NCBI RefSeq assembly: GCF_035084215.1
Contig: NC_090356.1
Coordinates: 11,842,001 to 11,906,000, forward strand
Source: Heptranchias perlo
Lineage: Eukaryota
DNA length: 64,000 nucleotides
Reading direction: 5' to 3'
Shown: piece after piece, positions 62,466 through 64,000 of the stretch
How the letters are laid out: every line of letters starts with the position of its first letter
Numbering within the stretch: the first letter of the stretch is position 1
Notes under the pieces: generated by a model
Seen by the model: only the letters and a program-made list of their open reading frames with translations
What the model was told of the DNA's origin: nothing
Database searches by the model: none
Position numbers and translations under genes: made by a program

Positions 62466-64000
62466 AAGTGTAAAGATGCCAAGTGTGATTTCTATTGATA
62501 TGGGGCTGTCTTTGTTCAGTGAAGATATCAAAAGATGCACAGTTTAGTCATCAGTAACTAGGTTAAAGTTATTCAATAAGAACACTTCACTGGGAGAACA
62601 GCTTATCTTTTTGCATTCTTATTGATGAGGAATTGAGATACCCGGATATTTAGTGTGGATCTAGTCCAGGGCATGAAATTGACTTGACATTCCTGCTATT
62701 GTGATTGCACACTCTTTGGGTAGGTGGTTACAACCATATTCCAGTCTGTGGACCTATTACAAAAATATTATGTGGGAGTTCATTGTACAAAAGGAGATAC
62801 CTGTATGTGAAAATTTGATGGCCATAAAGGATTAGCACAGTAATATTTTCTTCCATTCGTTCTGGTGCCACTCAAGAATTCTTCTTTCTTCCAGGAAAAA
62901 CAATATAGCTAATCCTAGAGAATCTCTTTCTCCTTGTCAACTGAGAAAACATTTCCACTTTCCTGTTAACTCACCTTGTGCTTCTACTGGCTTTCTAACT
63001 AACCTAAATACTGTCCTACCTGTAGGAGGAGGAGTGAATAAGGCTCTAGCTAGTGCCAAAATTTTGAGGTGATCTACTTCTCCTACTGAATCAAATGCTT
63101 ATTTTGCAATCTAGTGTGGGGAGAAAGACAGTCAGACTTTGCACAGGGAAAGAGCGTTTTGCTCTAAAGCCGATACTTTCTCCACCCTGAATCCCACTTT
63201 TCAAATACAGTAAATCCAGCATAATACATAGGCTGCAAATTTGTAAAACTGTAGCGCATCAATGCTTGAGGAGTGAAACCCTGAGAAGAATATTCACGGA
63301 ACTTACCAGTATTGTTACAGCCCCAAGTGATGACATGTCTCAACACGCGCTCCAACTTGTTCTCTCTACTGGTACAAGTAGAATTTGTTTTATTCTATTT
63401 TTAGCATTGTGTGGGTTGAGCTTTTTTCATTTATTATGTGCCGAGGTATGTCATTATCAACCTGATTTATCACAATATAAGCCATTAATGTGTCACCGTG
63501 TACTTCCACTTCAGCTGTTGAGGTACTGAACAGGGAAATATTTGGCTCATTTGTGCAACATAGAAAAGTATGCAGCTGCTTAAGTCAAAAGCAAATGCAA
63601 ACAATTCCTTTTGTAACCTAGTACAATTTGCTAAAGGGAAAATGTCCTACGTAAATGATGATCACAAGTGAGCAAAATGGTTGTCCAGGTGAGTGGCTTA
63701 GGAATTCAGGAAAGTTATACAGATGTGGATTGGGCAAATCTGTTGAATCTAAGTGAGCTTCAGTAAATGTGTCATTTAACTAGATTTAAATTTAGCCTCA
63801 ACTTCAAATGAATGTGGATTTCCACAATGATTTGCCTATGGAGCTGCAGTACAGTATAACTCGCATGTTTTATTCCAGTTAAACAGACCTCCAATTTTTA
63901 AATTGAGGAATCCTTCATTAAACATCCAAGTATGATGGACTAGTTGAAGGAAAACAGTGCTTGATGTCCATCTAACCTAGATTTAAGTAGAAATAGTTTG

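Larger units (their letters stand above)
57890..63410 (+). pseudogene. Partial tandem duplicate of rbp7 (intron 1 segment, intron 3, exon 4, 3' region)
   Basis: Collinear similarity by eye: ~57895-58350 to ~48165-48595; ~60485-60920 to ~53424-53970; ~62330-63410 to ~54290-55360. No copies of exons 1-3 found. Confidence 0.85.

Overview
Vertebrate genomic DNA; the repeat families and gene structure suggest a cartilaginous fish (shark), which is an inference. The window lies in the conserved NMNAT1-RBP7 synteny block. It holds four coding exons of nmnat1 (+, 278 aa) and a complete four-exon rbp7 (+, 137 aa). A multi-exon four-transmembrane gene lies on the minus strand upstream of the first nmnat1 coding exon. 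The ORF track does not call it, and by position it is probably the ortholog of TMEM274, a pseudogene in humans. Downstream of rbp7 is a decayed tandem duplicate that has lost exons 2-3 but keeps an intact, divergent terminal exon, a possible alternative last exon. Between the two genes is a full-length 4158-bp PIF/Harbinger transposon with 16-bp TIRs, an AAG TSD, an intact DDE transposase and a convergent Myb/SANT partner gene carrying two nonsense mutations. Also present: an older Myb relic, MITEs, Penelope-type minimal hammerhead ribozyme motifs, a perfect 25-bp hairpin, a 40-bp minisatellite and many CR1/L2 LINE and SINE fragments. Repeat boundaries were read by eye and are approximate; no database searches were run.
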